A DNA stretch of 64,000 bases, from contig NC_043010.1 of NCBI RefSeq assembly GCF_006345805.1, forward strand, positions 6,076,001 through 6,140,000, read 5' to 3'. A program made the position numbers and the translations under genes. This DNA comes from Octopus sinensis. Taxonomy: Eukaryota. Below, piece after piece: positions 1 through 11,107 of this stretch; position 1 is the stretch's first letter, and the number at the start of each line of letters is the position of its first letter. Under the pieces are notes generated by a model. That model saw only the letters and a list, made by a program, of their open reading frames with translations, did not search any database and had not been told where the DNA came from.

Positions 1-383
1 ATTCAACTAATATAATCTACATCTTGCCATTATCATAATTATATCCTGTCGTTATTAACTTAAACTATTACTATATAGATGACAAAACTGAGAATACTGA
101 AGAAAGAAATATGTATTCAAAGAATGTAATTGTTATATAGCTGTTAAAATAACAATAAACAGTTTTTTTATTTTTTAGAAACGTCCAAGCTTCAATATTT
201 GTAGAAAATGTATTGGAAATAATTAAGTAAAAGACGTTTGAAAATAACATTGTAATACAGGAAGTACTAATCTGACTTATACATTGATGTAGTATTTCCT
301 GGATTGTAGGTTACTGGTAGAGAGATGAACAAATATCTGAAGAACCAATTTACACAACAAAATAACTTTTAATAAATACTTAC

Positions 384-625
384 CAACAGTTGTCAGTTGT
401 TTATATTGTTCTTAATGAACTTTTTCAATGTTCTGGCAACACAAAGTTTTAATAGTGGCAGAAGTTCTGAGTAGTTTGGTATGTAATAGTTTTATATAGT
501 TCTATCAAGTTGGTTGTGTAGTGTGTAATGTGTGTTGTAGCCAATGACAAGCTGTCTTTTATTCCAATGCAGGGAAACGGAAATACAGCCTCCAACTTTT
601 GCAGTAAATGATGGGCAGACTCACA
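384..625 (-). promoter_or_regulatory. Promoter P0 plus non-coding exon 1 (about 384-468) of a protocadherin gene lying left of the window
   Basis: Minus strand: TATATAAAA (498-490) lies 30 nt upstream of an Inr-like TCAG (A at 468). CCAAT at 541-545 and 564-568. The ATG-free exon ends in TTG|GTAAGT (GT at 383-382). The same block recurs upstream of every gene in the array. Confidence 0.65.
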
Positions 626-2042
626 AAATATTTCACTTAGACACACTCATGTATAGATACATACATATACATGTGTGTGGTGAGAAGAAACCCAACTAAA
701 TGGATGGAAATATTAATAAAGTTTAAAGCAATGAAATATAAAATTAAAGTCTATTAAAAATAAATTACATTTTAATTTTAATGCATAAAAGTTATTTTCT
801 AACTTCAGTCAAAGTTATAAAACTTTTCATCTCAGATTTCTCTTTGACTTTTCAAAATTATCTGCTTGAGATAAACTTAATAAATGTTATTGAATAATAT
901 TTTTAGAAGTTAATTTCATTATAAAATTGTTGAGCTCATTTGAAAATACGAAATTATGGCTCCAAATAATTGTATTCAATAATGATTAGAAAATGGCCAC
1001 TTATTTCTAATGTTCCCTGTAGAAAATAAAAAGTATGAAATGGAAAATGTGTCTATGGAGTTTTCACATTTGAGACTTAACATAAATATCAATTAAAATT
1101 GATCTCAATTCATTTCTGTTACATTCTTATATCATATAGCTAATTATGTAAAAAAAAATTTTGTTCTTTTCTTTTCTTCTTTGGAAACTCCTAGTTTCCT
1201 TAACAACTAATCAATAATGCATATTCTTTATATTGTTTAGAAATGGTAAACTATGGCTGAATATTAAGAAACACATATGTATTTTGTATATTTTGATAAC
1301 AAGGGGAAATGCATTGCTTTTTCTGTACTTAAATGAAAGTTAATCTATTTATGATAGGGTAATTTCAATACTTGGCCTATCAGCAATGCGTTTTATAAAA
1401 TTCCCAGAAAGTATAATGGATAGATGTGTTATGTATTTTTGTATGGCTTCACGATGTATATCCAGATAGTGTAAGTATATATACTCTGATAGCTTCCAAA
1501 ACACGAATGGTTATAAGTTCCCCCCAAGCACACCTTGGTAGATATCAACTGGTCGTTTGGGAGGATATTTCACTCTTAAATGTACCAGTCACTCCAGATA
1601 TTTTGATAATTCCATTATATTTCCTTTTTCTTATTTCTTGGAGTCAATTAAAGATCAAATTTGAAAATATATGGATCATATATTTAAGGTTTATAACATT
1701 GGTATTATATAATTCTGGTCAGACATACTCTGAAGTATTTCTTGAGCAAGCATTATTGAAATACATTATGATTATTTTTTTTATATACTTTCATTCAAAA
1801 TATTCATTGTAATATACAAACTGTTATATAAATAAAAATTATTTTTGATATAGTTAATAATAAGATAAGCTTAAATCATGCAAACAAGTATAGAAGACCC
1901 TGGCAAATGATTGGCAAGGTCGTCTCCGGTGGGATATAATTTGAACTTAGTACACGAACAAGCATAGAATACGACCAAGTATTTAGTCACTCGGTATACT
2001 AGTTCTACATCTGTGAGCCATCTGTTTCTAAGTACTTTAGCA

Positions 2043-2362
2043 TTAGTTTTGTGGTGTAGGTAATGGCGGTACCTGAGCTAATGAAGATACCTTCGGTAGT
2101 GTTGCTACTTTTGGTACGGTTGTTAGGGGTGGCTTAGAGTATGGAATAAAGGCACTTGTCATTGGTTCTGAAAATGATTGTTCAGTTATGTCAATTGTGT
2201 TACCAGTTACAGTCAAGGGTATTTGGTCACGATTGCAAAAAGTATTATTGTCAACGTTTGGATAAGGATGTCGATCATTGTTATTTCCCCTTGATCTGTT
2301 GATTGTGTGTGGAAGTTGGTTTCTCCTGTTCCATGTGTGATCACTTTGATAAGGACACAAAT
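2043..2362 (-). CDS. Pcdh: Protocadherin gene 1, terminal coding exon (distal cytoplasmic tail, D-LCPYQSDHTWNRRNQ...VPPLPTPQN*)
   Basis: Acceptor tatttccAG at 2364-2363. Phase 1 joins the preceding exon's G to AT, giving GAT, and the frame is open to TAA at 2045-2043. A homologous exon is present in every unit. Confidence 0.8.
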
Positions 2363-3553
2363 CTGGAAATATATCGATTTATAGGTTACCTTGTATAATT
2401 TTTTTTCCTTTTTTTGCATGGTGAATAGAAGCAAGGTTTCTTACATACGTTTTTCAAAATAAAAGAAAGTCAAAGTATGTGTACATTTTAATAACAACAA
2501 CTACAAAAGTATGGTGCTACTTTGGCATGTGATCTACGGAGGAAATTACTCTCGGTTACTTTTTAGTTTACTTTTCAATTTCTAAAACCCCATAAAATGT
2601 TGGCTACAGATTTTTACAATGTGATCAGCGACAAGAGAAAGGCTGTTGCATTTTTATAAGAAACCAGCCACTAAATTCACATTTCTTAAGAAAAAGAAAC
2701 GTGCAACTTTGTCATGTGATGTACAATTGAAAGGGAGACTACTTTAGGTTACTTTTTAGTATACTTTGTGTTAGTGCTACTTTCTGAGTGATCAACGTGG
2801 ACAAACTTACTTTGGTGGGTGATCTACATGCTTATTTTAATTATTATATGGTTCTCTTTTTATCAAAATACTAAGAATTTTTGAAAAAGTACATTTAAAA
2901 TTTTAAGTATGTACAAAATAATTCAAAATGTAACAAAATAATCTCATTTGTGGATCACACGCCAGAATAGCACCAAAAATATAGTACTAGTAATACTTCC
3001 ACACTGCTAAGAAGATATGAAGTAGGTACACAGACAAACATTTGGTTTCATACTTGAAATAAAAGAAAAAAAGGTTCCAAGCGTCTTAAAGGAATGATAT
3101 TTATGGGTTTGACAATAATCTTGTGTTTCTGTGAGTGTTTGCGCTGTACTGAGTTATTTTTTTTTCTTTTCCATCGTCCTCTCTTTTTGATGCCCACAAA
3201 TATCTTTTCACAGAAAGAAGCCAAGTATATTCAGACTAAAAGAGGAATGAGCTCCCCCTAGATTTCAAACATCCAAGACACACTGTATATCAAATTGGTA
3301 CACCTACAACAGCTTCAGAATTTAAGGGGCTCATAACCACCACTTTACCTTTATGAAAACAGAATAATTTCCTTGCATACAAAAATTACACCTGCACAAT
3401 ACCACACACTATATATATATATATATATATAAATAAATGAAAGAATGGAGTTGAACGCTGATTTAACAAAATTCCTTTATTCTCGACATCACTACCCAGG
3501 TATCGGTTAACCGAATTATCCATACTAGGATAATTCATTCAACTACTTAAATA

Positions 3554-3594
<41 letters not shown>

Positions 3595-4044
3595 TACATG
3601 CACTGACTGTCTGCATGGTAAAGGAATTGGTTTTAGGTTCAGTCCCACTGCATAGCACCCTGGGCAAGGGATTTCCACTGTAGTCTCATCCCAGCTAAAG
3701 CCTTTTGAGTGGTAAATGGAAACTGAAAACAAAGGCTGTTCTATATAAATGTTTGTGTATGCGTAAGGGTTATGTGTTTATGTCTCCCTGGTTTGACAGC
3801 ATGGTATAGTAGTCAATGACCTTCAAACCTTGGGGGAAGACTGTCTTGCTTGAATACAAGTGAAGATTAGTGATAGGTAGTACATCTGGTCATGAAAAAT
3901 TATTAGCCTTGTTGAATGCTGTTCAGCCAATCTAAGCATGGAAACATGAACAGCAGAACTAATGGTGATGGTAACTGACTGTATCAAAATGCATACGCAA
4001 ATTATTAGACTATAGTGTAGAAATATTCAGTATTTCTAACTTAC

Positions 4045-4195
4045 CTGGCAGTTCCTCATAGTGTCCAGCACTGCCAACACTCCACCCATGACCACTATCA
4101 GTGAGAGATGACAATGTTGACATCTCAGTGAATTGGTCAGCACTATTTAGTTCTCTGTAACCTGGAGACATACTTTCTTCTCTTGGAACAAACAT
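4045..4195 (-). CDS. Pcdh: Protocadherin gene 1, 151-nt cytoplasmic exon (MFVPREESMSPGYREL...DSGHGWSVGSAGHYEELP)
   Basis: Acceptor tttctAG (4197-4196) and donor G|GTAAGT (4044-4043). Exactly 151 nt and conserved in all intact units while flanking introns diverge. Confidence 0.88.
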
Positions 4196-4510
4196 CTAGA
4201 AACAGTAAAATAGATCCACTCTATTTCATGACATTTCATAATTCTTGTTTTGTTTGCATATTATAAGGTGTAACATCAAGTATCACCATTTATATAGATC
4301 ATAATAATTATCATGTGTGTTAGTATAAAATATTAAACAATAATTTGGAATCTTCATTGCAGAAATTAGAATTGATAAAATATGATTATCTTCATCTTTT
4401 GCCTTTTGTAGCACTGCTTCGAAAGTTCTTCGTAAATTACTTCAAATTTCATGTTAATACTGGAATTTTGAAAGGCGAAATACTTTGAAATTAATGGAAA
4501 ATTATCTTAC

Positions 4511-6889
4511 CTGTTGATTTTCTCTTAATCTGATCATTGGCATGGTTCTGTACTGAATATCTTCTCTATCTACCATTGGTTGTTGGGGTTTCTTCAGATT
4601 TCTCTCCACTGTGTACTGAACTCCAGGAGGAACACAGGTAGGATCAAATATATATTTTGATTGCACGTTTAATGCAGGTGTAACCTTGTGGTACATATCA
4701 ACACTGTTGTTATAGTTGTTGTCTGTCTGCTTCAGTCTATGAACTATACAGATCGATATAGAGATCACTATGACAACTGATACGATCACAGCTGCTATAA
4801 CAATAACAATCATCACATTCAATTGGAGACCATTACTTGATTCTGTTGTTGTCTTTGAAGGGGTCTTAAATATCTTTGATGTGCTGTTACTAACTGTGAG
4901 AGTCAAAGACAAAGTTGTTGTCGATGACAGAACTGGACTGCCACTGTCTTTCACACCTAATTCCAGTTCATAGAATCCAGCATCATTTTGGTAAAGTGAG
5001 CGAGAGAAAGATAAGACACCAGAGTGATGGTTCATTTGAAATAAGTGTTTCTCATTACCTCTGAGTATTTCATATGTGAGGAAGGCATTGTGTTGGCTGT
5101 CTCTGTCAGAGGCCCTAACAACTGTGATATCATGGTCAGAGTGGGGATGGTAGTGGACATTAAGACTGAAAGGGTCAGCATTAGGGAAACTGAAATAGGG
5201 AGCATTATCATTTAAATCCATAACCTCAACAACAACATTTGCTCTCTTCTCCAGTGATGGTGTTCCTTTATCTTTTACTAAAACCTTAAACTCATACAGG
5301 TTCTTTTCTTCTCTGTCTAGGGACTCAGTTGTGGAAATGAATCCCACATCAGATATCTGAAATGGTAGAATATCTTTTCCATTAGATAATAGAGAATAGG
5401 TTAATTGTCCTCCATCTCCAATATCTGGGTCTGTGGCATTGACATATCCAACAGGGAAGTCTTTGTGTTCATTTTCATAGGTGAGAAACTTAAATATGTC
5501 CTGACTAAACTGAGGTTGTACATCATTTATGTCAGTAACCAGCACAGAAAACCGTTTCTCTACTTTCAACGGAGGTAAACCATTATCTAGACATTTAATG
5601 GTGAAATTAAAGCTCTTCTCACTCTCTCTATCTATTTCACTCTTGACAACAACTTTGTATTTCTTTTCAGAAATTGAAATTAGCTGAAGATATCTGTTTT
5701 GTAAATGGCATTTCACTTGGCCATTTGCTCCATTGTCACTGTCAGTAACTTTGACATAGGCAACAAAACTGCCAATTTTAGATGCTTCTGAGATTGCAGC
5801 TGTGTTTCCCGTTGACTTAATGACAAATCTGAAGTCAATGTTTGGTGAATTGTTAATGTGACTGATACCATTTATGAAAACAGTGGCAATTGAGGACAAA
5901 GGCAGTTTACCATTATCTGTGGCTTTGACAAGTATTTTATAGGATTTTCCAAACTGAAATTCTGTTGTTACAAATAAGTCTCCAGTTACTCTGTTCAATT
6001 GAAAGCATTCTTTTATCTTATTCGGTGTTTTAGGACTGAGAGTATAAGAAATTTTTCCATTTCCCCCCATATCTAAATCTGTGGCAGAAAGTCTTAGAAC
6101 AGGTTTGTTTATCTGGTGTGTATCATTGATAGTGATGTTATAGATATTCTGGGAGAACACTGGGGAATTATCATTTTCATCTTGTACTGATATCATTATA
6201 TCCAGTACACCTTCCTTTTGCGGAGATCCCCCATTTCTTGCAATCAACTGAAAATTGTAAATGTCTTTTTTCTCACGATCTAAGTTGCCTTCCAAAGTTA
6301 GTTGCAGTAAATCTGTTCCATCTAATTCTTTAGAAACGAACAGTTTGAAAGGAATATCTTCACCTTTTTTAAGCTGATATACAAGTTTAGAATTTTGAGT
6401 ACTGACATCATTGTCGATGGCTTTTGGAATTCTTCCTTTTGAGCCTTTTGAATCACTTTCATCAAATGTTAAATGAAATTCTTTGTTTGGGAAAATAGGA
6501 TAATTATCATTGACATCTTCTATTACAACTTTGATTTCTAATATTTTCATAAAAGAATGGCCTTCTTGAACTGCTATTTCCAATATCCTGAAACATTCCA
6601 CATTATATTGACAAAGAGATTCTGCATCCAATATGGCAGCTGTGTACAGTTGTCCTCCAGGTGTAACATTAAATAACTGAACACCTCCATCAGTACCACC
6701 CTGGAGTACATTAAATGTCAGTTTGTTGCTATCATCTCGAGTCTGTATATTATCCAGTAAATGTGTATCACTGACAATATCTCCAATGAAGCTGTGTACA
6801 TCATTATTCTCTTTTATATGGTAGATATGATCCACACACCGGCAGCTGTTAGCCATCAGCACCACAATCAACAATATCACTGAAATCAT
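4511..6889 (-). CDS. Pcdh: Protocadherin gene 1, large exon: signal peptide, EC1-EC6, TM, juxtamembrane (793 codons; spliced protein about 949 aa)
   Basis: Cadherin motifs DxNDNxP, LDRE and AxDxG. EC1 CX5C (LCQYNVEC), no Trp2, hydrophobic TM. True ATG at 6889 lies 7 nt after a poly-T acceptor (AG 6898-6897). The exon ends CAG|GTAAGA at 4511. The symbol is family-level only. Confidence 0.95.
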
Positions 6890-7730
6890 CTTCGATCTGA
6901 AAAAAAAATTTTTGATTAAAGTTTGTATATACAAATGTGAATCTAATAAATGTAAAGAAAAAATTTCTTTAACATTTAGTGCCTTTACATTCTTCTCTAA
7001 ATTCTATTTAGTTTCAGCTATTTAATCCAAATTTTTAGTTTTGCATACAACTGAACACACACACACACAATATATATATATATATATATGTATAATATAT
7101 TATGTGTGTGTATGTGTATATGTATATATATATATATATAATGCATTTCCATATATATGCATGTGTTTATATATATGTAGATAGATAGATAGATAGATGT
7201 GTGTGTATGTGTCCCATACTTAGAAATATATTTGAGATAAGCATTATATAATGCAAGCTGTATCTGATTTGACTTATTCTTCACATGTATCTTTTATTTG
7301 GTATTTAAATTAAGGTATCTCAGAATTACATTCAGAAGAATTCTAATAAATTTTCTCCAAGATTCAGAGAGCAATTAACTTACATAATTATAACACCCCT
7401 TGGAATCTGAAAGCTTTAAATTTGTATCAAATTTCTCAGCATCCCATATATTTTGTTGGAGGTACAATTTCAACAGAAAGAAAGGGTAACCACAGATGAT
7501 AAACTAAGGTGAGAGAGAGAGAGAGTATGGTGACACTATGGAGGAGGAAATGGAGATGGGAAAGGTTGTGCTAGAAGGAATGAGAAACAGTATAGGTGGA
7601 GTACAATGAGAGAGGGTGGAACGACTGGATAATACGAGACTGTAGTGGCATTTATGTGTTTGTTCATAAGGGAGAGTTGATTAGTTGGTGTTTATAGAAA
7701 TTGTTGCTGGCAAAGGAGTACTATGGAAAC

Positions 7731-8134
7731 TCTCTTTTACTCTTTCACTTGTTTCAGTCATTTGACTGCGGCCATGCTGGAGCACCGCCTTTAATCGAGC
7801 AACTCGACCCCGGGACTTATTCTTTTGTAAGCCCAGTACTTATTCTATCGGTCTCTTTTTCCGAACCGCTAAGTGGCGGGGACGTAAACACACCAGCATC
7901 GGTTGTCAAGCAATGCTAGGGGGACAAACACAGACACACAAACACACACGCACATATATATATATACATATATACGACGGGCTTCTTTCAGTTTCCATCT
8001 ACCAAATCCACTCACAAGACTTTGGTTGGCCTGAGGCTATAGTAGAAGACACTTGCCCAAGGTGCCACGCAGTGGGACTGAACCCGGAACCATGTGGTTG
8101 ATAAGCAAGCTACTTACCACACAGCCACTCCTGC
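7731..8134 (-). mobile_element. tRNA-derived SINE (family A here), full length, in intron 1 of gene 1
   Basis: Minus-strand head GCAGGAGTGGCTGTGTGG...GGTTCCGGGTTCAGTCC (A/B-box-like), internal (TA)/(TG) microsatellite, short repeat tail. Homologous to copies at 17021, 21605, 30572, 40743 and 49972. Confidence 0.8.
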
Positions 8135-8389
8135 ACCTATGTGAATAATGTGTCACTTTAAGAGAAGCTGTAGTGTCTATACATACATAGGGTCATCCTT
8201 TATTAGTGTGTATAATTGAGTAGCATATAGCTGTACCATGCTTTGTTAATCATGGGCTGAATACACTAGGGAACATACATATATACATACATACATGCAG
8301 ACATACATATGTAGTATTCTTAATTACAACATGCAATAGATTCTCTGTGCTTAATACAACGAAATATTGAACTCTTTTATAGTTTTACA

Positions 8390-8892
8390 TCTATATATAT
8401 AAAACTAGTTGTGTGAGTGTCTGTCCCCTTCTATTTAGATTCCTATCTATTCCAACATTTTGCGGTGCAGTTTAATCAAATTCGGGTATCTTATAGTCGT
8501 GATTCATATCGAGCCCGTCTGGGTATTAGCGCGCGTCTACGATGAGTCTACGATTTTAAAAATAATTTAACATTTTTTATTCCATTTTAATGCATATTTT
8601 TTCGTGTGTCAATGGCGGCGGAGTTGGCGTCCACGCTCACACCTGTGTTGCTTCTCCCCCTTCTTCCCTCCCTCGTGAAGCTGTGGGGAAGGGAGTGTAA
8701 GGAAATCAACGTCGTAAAGCGTTGTCAAGGAGACCAGCGTTCTTTTAGAACAACGACTTCATGGCTTGAAGACACCAAAACAGAAATGGCTAAGAAAGCC
8801 CGAATTGGCATCTATAAGGGAAGTAACTCTCTAAAAATGCTTATATAGTTATTTCCCTTACAAACCTGAGCAACGCCAGGCGATACTGCTAG
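8390..8892 (+). mobile_element. Non-autonomous Helitron-like element with an extra ~210 bp internal segment
   Basis: A|TCTATATATATAAAA 5' end, subterminal hairpin CCTGAGCAACGCCAGG, 3' end CTAG|T, inserted between A and T with no TSD. Confidence 0.8.
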
Positions 8893-9945
8893 TGTATAAT
8901 AAAGAGCACACATAAACACAAACATAGAGAAGCAGATAGATAGATAGATCGACCATGTATAATAACACATGTAAATTGAATTTAACTCGTATCTGACAAT
9001 GAATACACAAATGTTAAACAAAGTAATCAATATACACAAAGATTAATGATACGAATAAAAACTAAATATAAAGCCTCTGAAAACACTTTTCTCACCTGAA
9101 TCTAACAGAACTCATTAGATTTTGAGATTACTTAGAATATTAGTACACGCACAATTAGTGTTGAATCTTATGTTAATTGACTCCAAGTCAACCATGATCA
9201 ACAATTGTTGATCCCTATACAACTCAACTAAATGTCTCCTGCCCATTCGAATGACGAAGAGAGTGGGATTCGAGTGAGGTATGGGTGTTATTTTCGATAA
9301 TCACGTTATGGGTCTATCGTTGGGTCACTAAGAATAAATTGTCTCGCAATGTTAGGAAAATTAGCTGTTATTTCTAACAGTCCCAATAACCACATAACGG
9401 CTCGATCGTTGGTTCATTAGAAGTAATCTCCCTTGATGATGAATCTGCCTAAGCTATCATTTTAAATTAAAAACAACCTACTGGAAATAGACTATGCTAT
9501 ATTTTAAAATGAATCGAAAAAAAAGAAAAAAAGAAAAAGAAAAGAAAAATAAATTAACGTAATCTACATCTTGTAATAATTACGCTTATACCCTATCATT
9601 ATTAACTTATATTCTAACTAAATATGACTTGATTGAGAAATATTGTATAAAACAAATACAGTAAATATTTTGATGGATGTAAATAGCTACATATATTTAT
9701 TTTTTTTGAAATAATGGTAAATTGAATGTGTTCTTTCAAAAAATTAATTTTAAATACTTCTTGAAAATGTATTTCGAACAATTAACAAAAGATCACAAAA
9801 AAAAAATCAACAAAATTATTATTCAGGAAGTACTAATCTGATATATACTGATGTAGTTTTACAAAGATGGTTGGTAACAAGGAGAGATAAACAAATATTT
9901 AAAGAACCAATTTACTTAGCAAAATAACTTTTAATAAGTACTTAC

Positions 9946-10180
9946 CAACAGTTGTAAGTTGTTTATACAGTTGTTACTGTGTTATTACAGTGTTCTGGTA
10001 ACAAAGTTGTAGCAATAGTTCTGAGTAGTTTGGTATGTAATAGTTTTATATAGTTCTCTCAAGTTCGTTGTGTAGTATGTAATGTGTGTTGTAGCCAATG
10101 ACAAGCTGTCTATTATTCCAGTGCAAGGAAACGGAAATACAGCCTCCAGTTCTTGCAGTAAATAATAGGCTGACTCACAA
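9946..10180 (-). promoter_or_regulatory. Promoter P1 plus non-coding exon 1 (about 9946-10022) of gene 1
   Basis: TATATAAAA 10052-10044, Inr-like A at 10022, CCAAT 10095-10099, TGACTCA 10171-10177, donor GT 9945-9944. This supplies the upstream exon required by the acceptor at 6898. Confidence 0.7.
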
Positions 10181-11055
10181 AATATTTCACTTAGACATAC
10201 TCATATTTAGATGCATACATATACATGTGTGTGGTGAGAAAGTACACAACTAAATGGTTGAAAATAAGTTTTAAAGCTATGAAATATAAAATATCATATT
10301 TTAAAACTATGTTTGATTTTAATTTTAAGAGAAAAAAATTATTTTCTAACTTCAGTCAAAGTTACAAAACTTTTTATCTGAACTTCCACTTTGGTTTTAC
10401 AAAATTATCTGCTTGAGACATCCTTAGAAATTGAAATTAAATGATATTTTGATGTATTGATTTCATAAGATAAGCATTGATCTCATTTGAAAATATGTAA
10501 TTATGGCTCCAAATAATTATGTTGAATGATGATTAGAACAGGAGTAATTCTTATTTGTATTCCTAGATGAGAACTAATACTTTTGAAAAGGAAATAAATC
10601 TTTGTAAATTTCACATTTGAAACCTAAAATAAATATCCATTAAAATCGAAGCTTCTTCATTAAAAGAAGATCTGAATTCATTTCTAATATATTCATTTGT
10701 CATGTATTCAATTTTCTATATTTTTCATTTCTGTCCACTTATTTCTTTTTTTATATTTTGTTGGTCTTGGAAACTCCCATTTCACTTATCAACAAATCAA
10801 TGTTGCATATTGTTTTAACATAGTAAATTATTCTTGAAAATTTGGACACAGTGTTAAGTCTTCTGTTTATTTTTACAACGTATCAAAAATATTTCAAAGA
10901 AAGAAATTATCATTGCCATTTTTTAACTTAAATAGAAATGTTTCTATTTCAGATTGGTTATAATTTCCATATTTTATCTTATCGGCAATGATTCTAACAT
11001 GAAAATGCCCAGAGAGTATAAAGAATAGGTGTGTTATATATTTCTTGCATGGCTG

Positions 11056-11107
<52 letters not shown>

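Noticed and set aside
449-646. Recurring ORF MCLSEIFCESAHH... (also 19143, 28136, 37724)
   Set aside because: It starts at GTG, overlies the promoter motifs and is disrupted in other copies. The conservation is regulatory or due to recent duplication, not coding.
4048-4160. ITAM formed by YREL and YEEL
   Set aside because: The two YxxL motifs are about 30 residues apart, far beyond the 6-12 residue ITAM spacing.
2043-4195. Vertebrate-style shared constant exons at the end of the array
   Set aside because: Every unit has its own copy of both cytoplasmic exons, so the gene 1 exons are not a unique constant region.
4770-4973. Plus-strand 67-aa ORF (MTTDTITAA...) repeated in six units
   Set aside because: It is the antisense shadow of the homogenised EC6-TM codons. 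Its conservation is fully explained by the sense gene, and there is no independent promoter or homology evidence.
6890-6934. N-terminal extensions in the ORF track (MYIQTLIKNFFFRSK, and MK in genes 3-6)
   Set aside because: They begin at TTG codons inside or across the polypyrimidine acceptor. The real ATG is 7 nt after the AG and gives a clean signal peptide.
7018-7284. Short ORFs rich in IY/TH/CV or poly-N/I runs (also 3547, 11029, 12724, 12995, 13100, 48484)
   Set aside because: These are translations of microsatellites.
8606-8848. 80-aa ORF inside the Helitron-like element as a Rep/helicase remnant
   Set aside because: No recognisable Rep or helicase motifs and a non-ATG start.
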